DNA of 64,000 nt from Nageia nagi (lineage: Eukaryota > Plantae > Pinophyta), in contig JBITNC010000001.1 in NCBI GenBank assembly GCA_050084985.1, positions 112,096,001 through 112,160,000 of the forward strand, read 5' to 3'. The position numbers and the translations under genes were made by a program. This document shows positions 14,563-27,149 of the stretch, piece by piece. The notes beneath the pieces were generated by a model. The model worked only from the letters and a program-made list of their open reading frames with translations. It was not told the origin of the DNA and ran no database searches. Position 1 is the first letter of the stretch, and each line of letters begins with the position of its first letter.

Positions 14563-17500
14563 AATAATGTATGCATAATAATCAAAAATTAATTACAAAA
14601 TTTATCTTGATTTGTAGAGACAATTTGAAAAGAAATAAAAACCTATATAGTTATGCACATATAGATAATTTTTTACTTTCAAAAGTATTAAATAATGACT
14701 ATTTTTGTTAAGTTATAAGTTAATAGTTATAATAGCAAAATATAAGTATGTGGTATTAGTAAAAATATTTTATTAGACATAATAATTCTGAAATGATGAA
14801 AATATTTGTGAAAATAACTATTTATTGTAAATATAATATTCTTGTTATCGTAAGACATTAATTATGTGTTTGCAACTATTGGGATTGTAATCTAATAAAA
14901 TAATTTTATATTCTTCACAAGAAAGAATATTGCATTCAATCAAATAAAAATTAAAGTAAATAATAAGATAAATGTTGAACTATCATTAGAAAACAAAATA
15001 ACATCCATATAAGAATAATTAAAATTCAAATGGAAAATGTTACATTCAATCCAATAAAAAATATTATATACAATAATTACAAATGAAATTAAAGAGTAAT
15101 ACACAAACTGAAGGTATTCAATAAAAATCAGTTCATATCTATTTCAATGTATGATATTGAACTATTATTTTTTTAAAGATCATATTATAAATAATAACAC
15201 ATGTTATTATGGTAAATTTATTTTTAATGCTATTTAAATCACTAAATATTTGTTATAAAAATTTTATATTAGATAGGGACTTCTTATTTATCAATCAAAT
15301 GATTAGTTAAAAGATATAGTATCATATTATGCAACATTAGTATAATGACGACACACATGGCTATGTAAAACAAGAAAATAAAAAAAGTAAAAAAATAAAT
15401 CCAAAGTCTAAAATCTATTTTAGTGACCTGCTCTTTAGCAAATTCTCAATAACTGATTTCAAAATGAACTTCTGAAGCTCAAAAGAAGACACATAGAACT
15501 TAATGAAAATTAGCTTCCAAAGCTCAAAGAAAGAACCTACAACATAAATATATTAACATCTACTGAAAATAAAACATTTATGAAACAACTAAAATAAACA
15601 ATTGCATAACATATAAGCTTCTAATAGAAATGAACATAAAATCAATACATGATCAACCCAACCAACTATCTAGCTCACACACACTTATCACTTTCTCCTT
15701 AAATCCTTTGTAATAAAAATTATCAACTACAAATTTTAATTACCTAGATAATTATCATAACTTAACATAGTACTTTATGATTATATTGTAATATTTTTTT
15801 ATTATTAGTTTGATAAAGTTAGTATGAATTTTATACATTTTTTTTTCATATCAATTAAACTTCAAGAAATGTGACATTATATTCTTGCACAATCTTCTAA
15901 ATTTTGCACCTTAATGATTTATGGAGCAATCCATCATATTTTATTGGGATACAAAGATGATGCAACATATTTATGGTTTTTAATACATTTCAATATTTAT
16001 AATATAATTTAAATCCACTATGTCCTTATTCGTTATTAAGAGGAGATATCATATGTAGATACTTTATTTTTATTACTATATTTTTTTGCTAATATGATTA
16101 CAAATTACTAGAGTAAAATAACATGCAAAGATATATTATCAAAGTGAATACATGAAAATTTCATATTCTAATCCAATAGTTTGAAATTCATAATATTATA
16201 ATAAACTTTCATATCATAAATATTTAACTATCTATTTATTTATTGTAAATTTTATGTATAATTTAAAAAATAAATATGTAATCTCTAAAAATTAATGAAT
16301 GTAAAATATTTATCAATTATTCATGATCCTATTAAAAAATTTTATGTATAATCTTTTTAATTTACTGATAATAATAATAAAATAATAATAACAATAATAA
16401 TATAAATAATGTATGCATAATAATAAAAAATTAATTACAAAAAATTATCTTGATTTGTAGAGAAAATTTGAAAAGAAACTAAAAACCTATATCGTTATGC
16501 ACATATAGATAATTTTTTACTTTCAAAAGTATTAAATAATGACTATTGTTGTTAAGTTATAAGTTAATAGTTATAATAGCAAAATATAAGTATGTGGTAT
16601 TAGTAAAAATATTTTATTAGACATAATAATTCTGAAATGATGAAAATATTTGTGAAAATAACTATTTATTGTAAATATAATATTCTTGTTATCGTAAGAC
16701 ATTAATTATGTGTTTGCAACTATTGGGATTGTAATCTAATAAAATAATTTTATATTCTTCACAAGAAAGAATATTGCATTCAATCAAATAAAAATTAAAG
16801 TAAATAATAAGATAAATGTTGAACTATCATTAGAAAACAAAATAACATCCATATAAGAATAATTAAAATTCAAATGGAAAATGTTACATTCAATCCAATA
16901 AAAAATATTATATACAATAATTACAAATGAAATTAAAGAGTAATACACAAACTGAAGGTATTCAATAAAAATCAGTTCATATCTATTTCAATGTATGATA
17001 TTGAACTATTATTTTTTTAAAGATCATATTTATAAATAATAACACATGTTATTATGGTAAATTTATTTTTAATGCTATTTAAATCACTAAATATTTGTTA
17101 TAAAAATTTTATATTAGATAGGGACTTCTTATTTATCAATCAAATGATTAGTTAAAAGATATAGTATCATATTATGCAACATTAGTATAATGACGACACA
17201 CATGGCTATGTAAAACAAGAAAATAAAAAAAGTAAAAAAATAAATCCAAAGTCTAAAATCTATTTTAGTGACCTGCTCTTTAGCAAATTCTCAATAACTG
17301 ATTTCAAAATGAACTTCTGAAGCTCAAAAGAAGACACATAGAACTTAATGAAAATTAGCTTCCAAAGCTCAAAGAAAGAAACCTACAACATAAATATATT
17401 AACATCTACTGAAATATAAACATTTATGAAACAACTAAAATAAACAATTGCATAACATATAAGCTTCTAATAGAAATGAACATAAAATCAATACATGATC

Positions 17501-19026
17501 AACCCAACCAACTATCTAGCTCACACACACTTATCACTTTCTCCTTAAATCCTTTGTAATAAAAATTATCAACTACAAATTTTAATTACCTAGATAATTA
17601 TCATAACTTAACATAGTACTTTATGATTATATTGTAATATTTTTTTATTATTAGTTTGATAAAGTTAGTATGAATTTTATACATTTTTTTTTCATATCAA
17701 TTAAACTTCAAGAAATGTGACATTATATTCTTGCACAATCTTCTAAATTTTGCACCTTAATGATTTATGGAGCAATCCATCATATTTTATTGGGATACAA
17801 AGATGATGCAACATATTTATGGTTTTTAATACATTTCAATATTTATAATATAATTTAAATCCACTATGTCCTTATTCGTTATTAAGAGGAGATATCATAT
17901 GTAGATACTTTATTTTATTACTATATTTTTTTGCTAATATGATTACAAATTACTAGAGTAAAATAACATGCAAAGATATATTATCAAAGTGAATACATGA
18001 AAATTTCATATTCTAATCCAATAGTTGAAATTCATAATATTATAATAAACTTTCATATCATAAATATTTAACTATCTATTTATTTATTGTAAATTTTATG
18101 TATAATTTAAAAAATAAATATGTAATCTCTAAAAATTAATGAATGTAAAATATTTATCAATTATTCATGATCCTATTAAAAAATTTTTATGTATAATCTT
18201 TTTAATTTACATGATAATAATAATAAAATAATAATAACAATAATAATATAAATAATGTATGCATAATAATAAAAAATTAATTACAAAAAATTATCTTGAT
18301 TTGTAGAGAAAATTTGAAAAGAAACTAAAAACCTATATCGTTATGCACATATAGATAATTTTTTACTTTCAAAAGTATTAAATAATGACTATTGTTGTTA
18401 AGTTATAAGTTAATAGTTATAATAGCAAAATATAAGTATGTGGTATTAGTAAAAATATTTTATTAGACATAATAATTCTGAAATGATGAAAATATTTGTG
18501 AAAATAACTATTTATTGTAAATATAATCTTCTTATTATCGTAAGACATTAATTATGTGTTTGCAATTATTGGGATTGTAATCTAATAAATATTTTTATAT
18601 TCTTCACAAGAAAGAATATTGCATTCAATCAAATAAAAATTAAAGTAAATAATAAGATAAATGTTGAACTATCATTAGAATACAAAATAACATCCATATA
18701 AGAAATATTAAAATTCAAATGGAAAATGTTACATTCAATCCAATAAAAAATATTATATACAATAATTACAAATGAATTTAAAGAGTAATAATCTAACTGA
18801 AGGTATTCAATAAAAATCAGTTCATATCTATTTCAAAGTATGATATTGAACTATTATTTTTTTAAAGATCATATTTATAAATAATAACACATGTTATTAT
18901 GGTAAATTTATTTTTAATACTATATAAATCATTAAATATTTATTATAAAAATTTTATATTAGATAAGGACTTCTTATTTATCAATCAAATGATTAGTTAA
19001 AAGAGATAGTATCATATTATGCAACA

Positions 19027-19052
19027 TCAGTATAATGACCGCACACATGGCT
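19027..19052 (-). mobile_element. Putative degenerate Helitron 3' terminus (hairpin, then CTRR|T); copies at 15337-15362, 17182-17207, 56864-56889
   Basis: Minus-strand consensus of the copies is GGCCAC-GTGT-GCGGTC-ATTATA-CTRA|T: a 16-nt imperfect GC-rich stem-loop 10 nt from a CTRR end followed by T. No single copy is perfect. Confidence 0.4.
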
Positions 19053-19430
19053 ATGTAAAACAAGAATATCAAAAAAAGTAAAAAAATAAATCCAAAGTCT
19101 AAAATCTATTTTAACGACCTACTCTTTAGCAAATTCTCAATAACCGATTTGAAAATGAACTTCCAAAGCTCAAAAGAAGACACATAAAATTTAATGAAAA
19201 TTAGCTTCCAAAGCTCAAAGAAAAGAAACCTACAACATAAATATATTAACATCTACTCAAAATAAAACATTTATGAAACAACTAAAATAAACAATTGCAT
19301 AACATATAAGCTTCTAATAGAAATGAACATAAAATCAATACGTGGTCAACCCAACCAACTATCTAGCTCACGCACACTTATCACTTTCTCCTTAACAATT
19401 TGAAATCACAGTGTGAACAAGCTGCACAAT

Positions 19431-20527
19431 CTATAACCCTGCTTATGTATCGATCAGGGCAGGCTTCTCTTCAGGATTAGCATTCTCCAAGAAGGCACGC
19501 CTAAATCGATTCAAGGTGAAAGGTCTATAACGTCGTGGATAGTGGTCGTCCACCAGCTGAGGAGCAGCCAAAATCTCTTTCTCGCCTGGAAAATACACGC
19601 CACACGCCAAAGATATGCGATCCGTCCACCCTTTCTGAACCACTCGATGCTCCGCGTTTCGTAACCTTCCGTTTCTCCATGCCTGAACTTTCTTTCATTA
19701 CTTTATATCCACAAAAACATTATATCAACACCAATAACTTCTTCCTCACCTTAAGGCAATCGGCGATATTGATAACAAATGAGTCCAGTTGCGGCTTCAC
19801 GTCCAACCACTTTCCTTGCTTGGACCGAATCTGGAGACCGCTTTCATTACCTGTGTACAGGATGGTAAAGATCCCGCTATCTGTGTGAGCAATGAGAGCC
19901 TCGTCCTCTATCGATTTTCCCTCAGAAGTATAGTGAGTGATACGCATTTTATACGTGCGGTTCTGGAATTCAGATTCGTAGAAATGTTCGACGTCCAAAT
20001 CGAGGGTTGCAAGCATGGTTTTAGTGATAGTTAGCTAGAGATCTGCCAAGAAGAGCATATATGCTCCAACTGTTTTTCTGAAACCGGATAGGAGGACTGG
20101 ATTAATTTTCAACTTGTACAATAACAGCATTATATGAGCAGAGTAAAACTGCATACCAGAATAATGGATTTCCGTCTTGTGGCCATATTTTTGCGAAACA
20201 TTACAACTACTGATTCTGAATGATGTAGATTGAGGATAGTGAAACTCTCGCTGCCATTCTTACTGGCATAGCTACTCAATCTTTGTTTGTCTCGGTGGGC
20301 ATGGCACATAGTTGTTGGACGGCTGATTCTACGTCTTGAAGAAGAGTTTGTGGAATTCCATGGTTGACATCTCTGAAAAATCCCAATTCCTGGCAGGCGT
20401 CTTTCACTTTGGGGATGACCTCTTGATAGTGGGCATCATGAGTTGTTAGTGCAAATCGTGAAAGGTCGATCAGAGGGAGATCAACTTCAAGACCAACATC
20501 AGGGGAAGTCTGCAGAGACCACGCCAT
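19431..20527 (-). pseudogene. DOXC-class 2-oxoglutarate/Fe(II)-dependent dioxygenase pseudogene A1 (3 exons; introns 20078-20156 and 19683-19749)
   Basis: LPLIDLS..ACQELGFFRDVNHGI (DIOX_N); KIWPQDGNPLF; AHTDSGIFTILY (HxD); GLQIRSKQGKW; AWRNGRLRNAEHRV (distal His); DRISL (RxS); GT-AG introns. Disabled by TGA 20276-20278, two frameshifts in exon 1 (one in T5 at 20188-20192), a TG|A stop at the first splice junction, TAG 20035-20037 and an early TAA at 19443. Confidence 0.93.
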
Positions 20528-21689
20528 GGTAGAGGATCTGTGGCAGGGAAACGACTGAAAAGATATACAAAATAGAAGAAAGTATCACACGAATACCACA
20601 AACGATGATTTATTAGCAAATGGGTTCGCTCATTCCCTCTTACACTTATAATACATATAGATAAGAGGAGTGAAAAATTGCCTTCTACAGATTATTGAGA
20701 AATTTATCAAATTTGAACATATTACATAGACAAATAGTCAAAACAGACCAAACCAACATTTTCACAAATATCATAGTGAATGTAGTAGGATGCAAAATTT
20801 TATGCACATGTTTAATAGACGGCAAAATACCTAAGCATGTGTATATCGAGAATTGCAAGTTTTATGTTGAAGTTGTCTTCATTATTTGTCTTATGGACAT
20901 ACCTAACAATCTCACACTATTCCATCTCTTCACAAATGACACCGCCTTAAATATTTAATAAACCTCACCACTCACAAGATTCCATCTCCACACACATCAC
21001 ACTCCTTAATTACTAAATATACCCACTCTCTTGATAGATGTAACGTCAAAATATTCGTTTCAATCATAATATTTTTTATTTACATATTGATTATTTTATA
21101 TGTAATTATTATTTTAAATAAATTATTCTTTCTATTTATCTTAGGTTTTGAATCAATGATTGAGGGTATTCATGTTGTCAAATTTATCTCGAACGATTAC
21201 TGCATTGTCTAACTTACTATAACTCGATAAGATTTTAGATATCTTGCATTTGAGGGGAAAGATTTGAGCACAACTACTAATAGTAATTAATCATAATATA
21301 CTCGATTTAGATCCATGCATGTAGGGGGAGATATATGACCCTAGATCCTCCTTTTTTCCAATTGAGAGATTGTAATGGTTTATATGTAATATTGAAAATT
21401 GGATGATGTACATACTTTTTTACAAGTTGGTAGTAACGTATTCAATAGCACTGTATTGGTTTAGATGAATAATTAAATAATTATATATCTTGTTATTAGA
21501 ATAATAATATATATAAAGTTACATTCAAAGGTAAATTCTTTTTGTATTCATTTTAATCTTATGGATAATTAGGTTTCGCACTTCTTTTGTGCAATGGAAT
21601 GTAGAAAGGATTAATAAATAAAATAATTTTCATATGATAAGATTACATTTTTATTTAATTTCATTCAATAGTTTTTATGCATAAAAATT

Positions 21690-22140
21690 CAATTTACCAA
21701 TTTATACATAAAAGATATTTCCATCCAATTCAACAATTCAATTTATTGATAAAAATAATGAATTGTTGTTATTTTAATATCATGTGCTTTATTAATAAGT
21801 ATTCATATAAATTTTAACAAAGATTTATATAAATTATTATAAATTTTTAAAGTATATATTGATGATGATCAGGAAGATATAAGTTACATGATGAGAAATA
21901 CTTTATACACACAAATTAATTTAACCATCCAATCTAACAACTCACTTTCAATTAATAAAAATAAACAAGTGTTATCAAAGTTTTTTCACTTGTTTTAATG
22001 ATAAGTATTGAAATAAATTTTAATAAAGATTTGTATAAAATTTTAAAATATATATATCGCTAATGATAAGAAATAATTTTTATGTATAAAATTGATATCA
22101 CCATCCAATCGAACAATTCATTTATTCATAAATTGAAAAA
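21690..22140. repeat. Degenerate ~200-bp tandem repeat (~2.3 units); second copy at ~33510-33990
   Basis: 'catccaatYYaacaa'-like anchor at ~21721, 21925, 22102 and at ~33541, 33746, 33949, with recurring 'aaataaattttaaYaaagattt'. Confidence 0.7.
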
Positions 22141-23576
22141 TTAGTTTTTCCTTCTATATAACTCTAAACCAAAATAGTTTTGATTTCTAAAAATTTGAAT
22201 TAAATAATGTTTAATTATTATGAATGTATCATGTATAATATATTTTTTAGGCATGAATACAAGATCTGAGAGCATTTATTTGATTGGAATATTATAAGAC
22301 ATGTATTTTAAGTGTTCTTTAATAAGAAATAAGGCCATTATGTAATTTTGTTCTAAATCTTTGATATTTTTCCTAATATATAGCATACGTTTCCATATTT
22401 CTAAGTTTATCCAACATCAATGGAAGCTATTTCTAGCAACATAATATTCTAGTTCAGAAAAGCATAGACTTTGTGTTTGGGATGGAACTTCAAATAAAGA
22501 TGTTTGTAATGGTGCTTGAGTGGTTAAACATTGGAGGCATCAAAAGGAATAGGATTGCTAGCTCCATAACATGAATGTACAAAACCTTTTAAAATTATTT
22601 ACAATGTTTAAGATATATTTTGTAGACAACATATTGTATATGGGATACAAATACATCATTTTAACATTTTTAATTCATTCCAATATATTAATAGCTTATG
22701 CTCATTAGTAAGCCATGAAAACTTTATGAACAACATGATAGGTAGTTTCAATTTAAATAGTAGAGAAAAATATCATACATTTTAAAAGTAATCACTCATC
22801 TCAAATTAAAGATATCTATCACATTAAATATATAATTAAAATTTATGATGATACATCTAATCATCTATGAGTCTAATATATTTAGTAAATAAAACACGAT
22901 AAACATGATTGAATGTTTGATATATACTATAAGAGATAATAAAAGGTATACAACAACTAACACATAATTTTAACTAAGGACATCATACATTAAAAATAAA
23001 ATAAAATAAAAAATTATGTACATAAAATATGAAAAAATATTACATGATATAAAGATTAGATGAAAATTCTAAATGAATTTGATATAAAAAAACATATCTT
23101 TACACATAAAAGATACCCTTACCTATTACCTCTCACCTAAAAATTATTTTCCCCTATTCCTAAAAACAAAATGATGCCCCTCCTCCCCAACCAAAAAATA
23201 CTACTTTTAACTTGTCAAGTGCTGCCGATGTGCCTCCCTGCCCTTTCGAGCTCTTCTAAACACGAAGGGACGTGAAGAAGAGAGTTCCAATTACCTCAGC
23301 CCAACACATTTTTGTTGGGTTATTTTAAAACCCTGCTATCGATTCTCTCATTATCAAAAATCAAATTAATTTTAAAATTCAAAAGGTTACTACTATCTGT
23401 TAAATTCGAAATACTATTCATGGCAAGAAGATTTAAAATAATATGTCATATGTTTCACATTTATTTTATTATATGATTTATCTTTATCATATAATATTCC
23501 TTTTTTTTAACTTATATTTTTCCTTGGTAGGTCTAGCAGACATAGCCATAATCACTTGTCGAGGAAGCTGCATAAT

Positions 23577-24875
23577 CTACACACCTGCGTATCTCTCAAT
23601 GAAAATGGCTTTTCCTTCTTCAGAATTTCGCCTGTCTATGAGTATTGCTTAAACTTGAGAATGTGGAAGGCCTATAAAGTCGTGCATGCTGTCGTCAACC
23701 AGTTCAGGAGTGCGCAAATCTCTTTCTCATTTGGAAAATAAATAAAATAACTAACGATATGCGATCCAACTACCGGTTGTGGACAACTAGGTGCTCCACG
23801 CTGCGCTACCTTCCGTTGCTCCATGCCTGCACTAGCCGAATATTGCATTAATTGATCACTACCTTACGAGACTTTACGGTATTAATAAGGAATGAGTTCG
23901 ATAATGGCTTGAAGTTCAACCAAGTGCCTTCCTTTTGATCTAATCTGGAGGCCACCCTTGTTACCTTGGTAAAGGATAGTAATTCTGGCCATCTAAATCA
24001 AGGCTTGCGAGAATGATTTGTTATCATGTACGAGATCTTTCAGAAAGCGTGCACGTTTACTAGTTTTGCGGAAAGGGATAGGAGCAATGAATTATTTTAG
24101 CTTGTAAGATGAAAATGTATATAAGCAATAAGGAAAGACAAACAAAAACCAAAAAAATGGGTTTCCTTCTTGTGGCCATATTTTACGAGACATTTGAAGG
24201 ACTGAATCAGAATGACGTTACAAGCTACGAAATCTGTCGATCAACTATGAGGGCTGCAGAAGAGTTGAGGAACAAAAAAAAACTCACAGACTTGCAAAAG
24301 GTAAGGTGGAGCCATCGAACCGCCAAAAAAATCCATACGCCCGAGGTAGCAGGGTTGAACCAAGGTAGGGATGGGTCGAAGCATGTGCGAAGGGGACTTT
24401 TGCGAGGAGTAGAGATGGAGCTGCGGGGAATGTACAATGGAGGGAACGAAGTCCTGGGTTGGGGCCGAACGATAGGGGGCTGCACCCCTACAAAACAAAA
24501 AAAACTTTGTTAAAAAAAATGATTATTCTATTTTTATTATTATTATTTTGTAAAACAAAGTTTATAAATGCAATATAAATAAACCTATAGAAAAGTTATA
24601 TTTTTTTGAAATAAAAAATATATATATTCTTGCAAAAAAATCCTGCACAAAAGAAAAAAAAAGTAGCTTTTTGGTTTAAAAATTATTTGAAGGAAATCCC
24701 AACAAAACCTGTAAAAAAATGTTAAGGATAAATTAAAAAACTTTCCAAAAAAAAACAAATGCTCCTCAAGAAAGTTGGCTTAAAAATATGCAACAAAATA
24801 TGGGAACGTGTCTCCCGTGAGAGGGAGTTCAACTTCAAAACCAAAATCAGGGAAAGTCTGCATAGAGAAAGGCGT
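23577..24875 (-). pseudogene. DOXC 2OG-Fe(II) dioxygenase pseudogene B1 (diverged paralog of A; HxD region deleted)
   Basis: QTFPDFGFEVELPL; RHSDSVLQMSRKIWPQEGNPFF; IILASLDLD joined directly to ITILYQGNKGGLQIRS; AWSNGR*RSVEHLVV..DRISL; ends FIERYAGV* at 23577. Many frameshifts; 24100-24820 is garbled. Confidence 0.85.
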
Positions 24876-25067
24876 GGTGGAGGATATTTTGCAGGTGATT
24901 AATTTGTCGTCTAGGATATCATCCTAATAAGTTCCGATTATAACAAATGAAATGGTTTGATTTTTAGGTTGACTTCTCCTTTTTAGACGTTTAGGGCAGG
25001 CCAACATGTATGATCATCAAAGCTTCGGCTATCATCTCTTTAACTGAGTTGTTTCTTTCAGGAGCAG

Positions 25068-25187
25068 CAGGTCTGTGATGAAGCTGTCATGCTAAGCCTC
25101 ATTTAAATTTGTTGACTTATTTGTTCAACAGGTTTGTGATGAAGCTTGCATGCTGTGCCAAATTTAAATTTATTGACTTATTTGTTC
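25068..25187. repeat. 61-bp direct repeat x2
   Basis: 'caggtYtgtgatgaagct..catgct..gcc..atttaaattt.ttgacttatttgttc' at 25068 and 25129. Confidence 0.85.
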
Positions 25188-27149
25188 CTATAAAGATATA
25201 GATATAGGACAAGAGTCGAGTAAGGGAAGTGCTGATCAATTTTTCATGTTGGTTTCAAGTGAATTTAATGAGATTTTAGGATTTGATTGGTTGTAATATG
25301 TATTGTTTTTAAGTTTCCTATTATGTTAGTTGTAGATAATCAACAAGCTGTAAATATTAATGGTCGAATGTTAAAAAATGGAATTAATTTTGATAAATTT
25401 ACAGTTTTAATTTCAAGGTCTAGTTAATTTTTTAATATGTAAGTTATATATTTAGTTTTTGTAATTTAATATTAAAGATTATTTCATTTTATTATATTTT
25501 ATATTTGTCTAATTATAAACATCAGATTTAGTGTAATCTTTTTTCAGGGAGTTCAATCTTAAGGTAAATTATTATAGGAAATTACTTTTGATCATCAACA
25601 AGGTAAACTTTTAATGTTTTCTTCGGTGTAATTGTAATCGAGACTTACTTGAAATGTAGTCAAATCTTAATATGTTTAAATAACCATTTATAGATTTAAA
25701 CTTTGAACTCCTTAGAGAAGAGTCAAAGCATGAACCCTTGTGCTATACGTATTGGGGACATATGGTCCAATCTTAAGCATTAAATAATTACATATAAATA
25801 AATCATTTATTAAATTTTTTCATTTGTAAAATTAGCTTAATCAAAATACTAAATTCATATTCATAAGGCATTTCTTAAAACTTAACTATCTTCAAAATAA
25901 TTTTGATTTCTTTCTATTTATTTTTATTAGTAATTAAAACCTTTAATTTTAAATCCCTAAACTACAATTCAATAGAAAAATAATTTATGCATTCAAAACT
26001 AATTGGAAGAAGTGGTAGCTTAAATATAGGAGATTAAGAATGGAAAAATATAATGAAATGGAAGAATCATTATACATGACAAAAGAGAAAATTAAGAATA
26101 CAAGACCACAATCTAAGATTTTAATATTAATATTTATAACATTTACACAATCATATCATCATCATCCCCTAATACCCTTAGTTATTGAATAAGTAGTTCC
26201 CTATCTACCTCTTTCACAATGTAAACCTACTTCAATAACTATAGAAATATCAAATAACACAATAGAAATGTTTATTTATATTACCAATTCTTTGCAACCA
26301 TTTATCACCATAATTCTCTTAATAAACCATTAACCAGGAATGATAAAAGGATTTTTGATAACAAGGAAAAGTTATATGATGGAAAGGAACATGTTTTTAT
26401 CTAGATCTTTAAAACTTGGTCATAAAAATGGTTTCCAAAGGAGGAAATCACTACCCAATTATACCTAGTGATAGCAACAAATTAAGAGAATCACTAGCAA
26501 GATGTACCAAAGAGAACACTTCTATAAAACTAAAAAATATAAATACTATCTCAATATCTTCATTGTTCACTACATATTCTATTCTGCTATAACTAGACCA
26601 AGAATGGTAAAATTACATCCAAATAAGTCAAACAATATGTTTCATAATATTTTATTTCTTTCAGGGCTCTGCATGACCTTGATAACATATTTTATTTCCT
26701 TGTTTCTTTAATTTATTTTTAAAAATTTAATAATTTCATTCTAATATTATATGCTTTTCTCACAAACACCAGTCAAACTCAGGCTAAATATAAACAACCA
26801 ATTCAACTATGCATATAACCTATATTAAGATGTATATATTTAGGCACAAAATGAAAGTTATGCAAATGAGAATCAATATTATATTTATTTTATATAAAAC
26901 TTATATCATTGTGTATGATATTCATATTTTAAAGAACCATATCCCTTTTAGTTAAATGATTCAAAAATTCTAAACTTTTGCATTACAAAGAATGCCAAGT
27001 TCATGTGAGATAACTATAACCAATATTTATAAAATATAATTTTCAACCTTAATATTAAATACTTTACATTAAAATCTTCTTAAAAGTATTCCAAGAATGT
27101 AGTTAACTATAGGTTCAAGCAAAATTGTGACTAAATTCATGTGCTAAAG

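Larger units (their letters stand above)
13847..19395. repeat. Tandem triplication, period ~1.85 kb (13847-15700, 15701-17546, 17547-19395)
   Basis: Junction 'cactttctccttaaatcctttgtaataaaaattatcaactac' at ~15690 and ~17536; each unit ends with the 3' UTR/flank of dioxygenase A. Confidence 0.95.

Noticed and set aside
19535-20034. Plus-strand ORFs of 117 aa and 81 aa
   Set aside because: Antisense shadows of the GC-richer dioxygenase exons.
19443-20527. Dioxygenase A1 as an intact CDS
   Set aside because: Several substitution-type stops and two frameshifts; more than homopolymer error alone would explain.
25002-25187. Box C/D snoRNA cluster (GTGATGA motifs, one CTGA with a short caac/gttg stem)
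   Set aside because: The C-box-like repeats lack a proper CTGA D box, the stem-bounded candidate is only ~50 nt with an imperfect C box, and I recognise no rRNA guide; an Infernal/Rfam scan would settle it.
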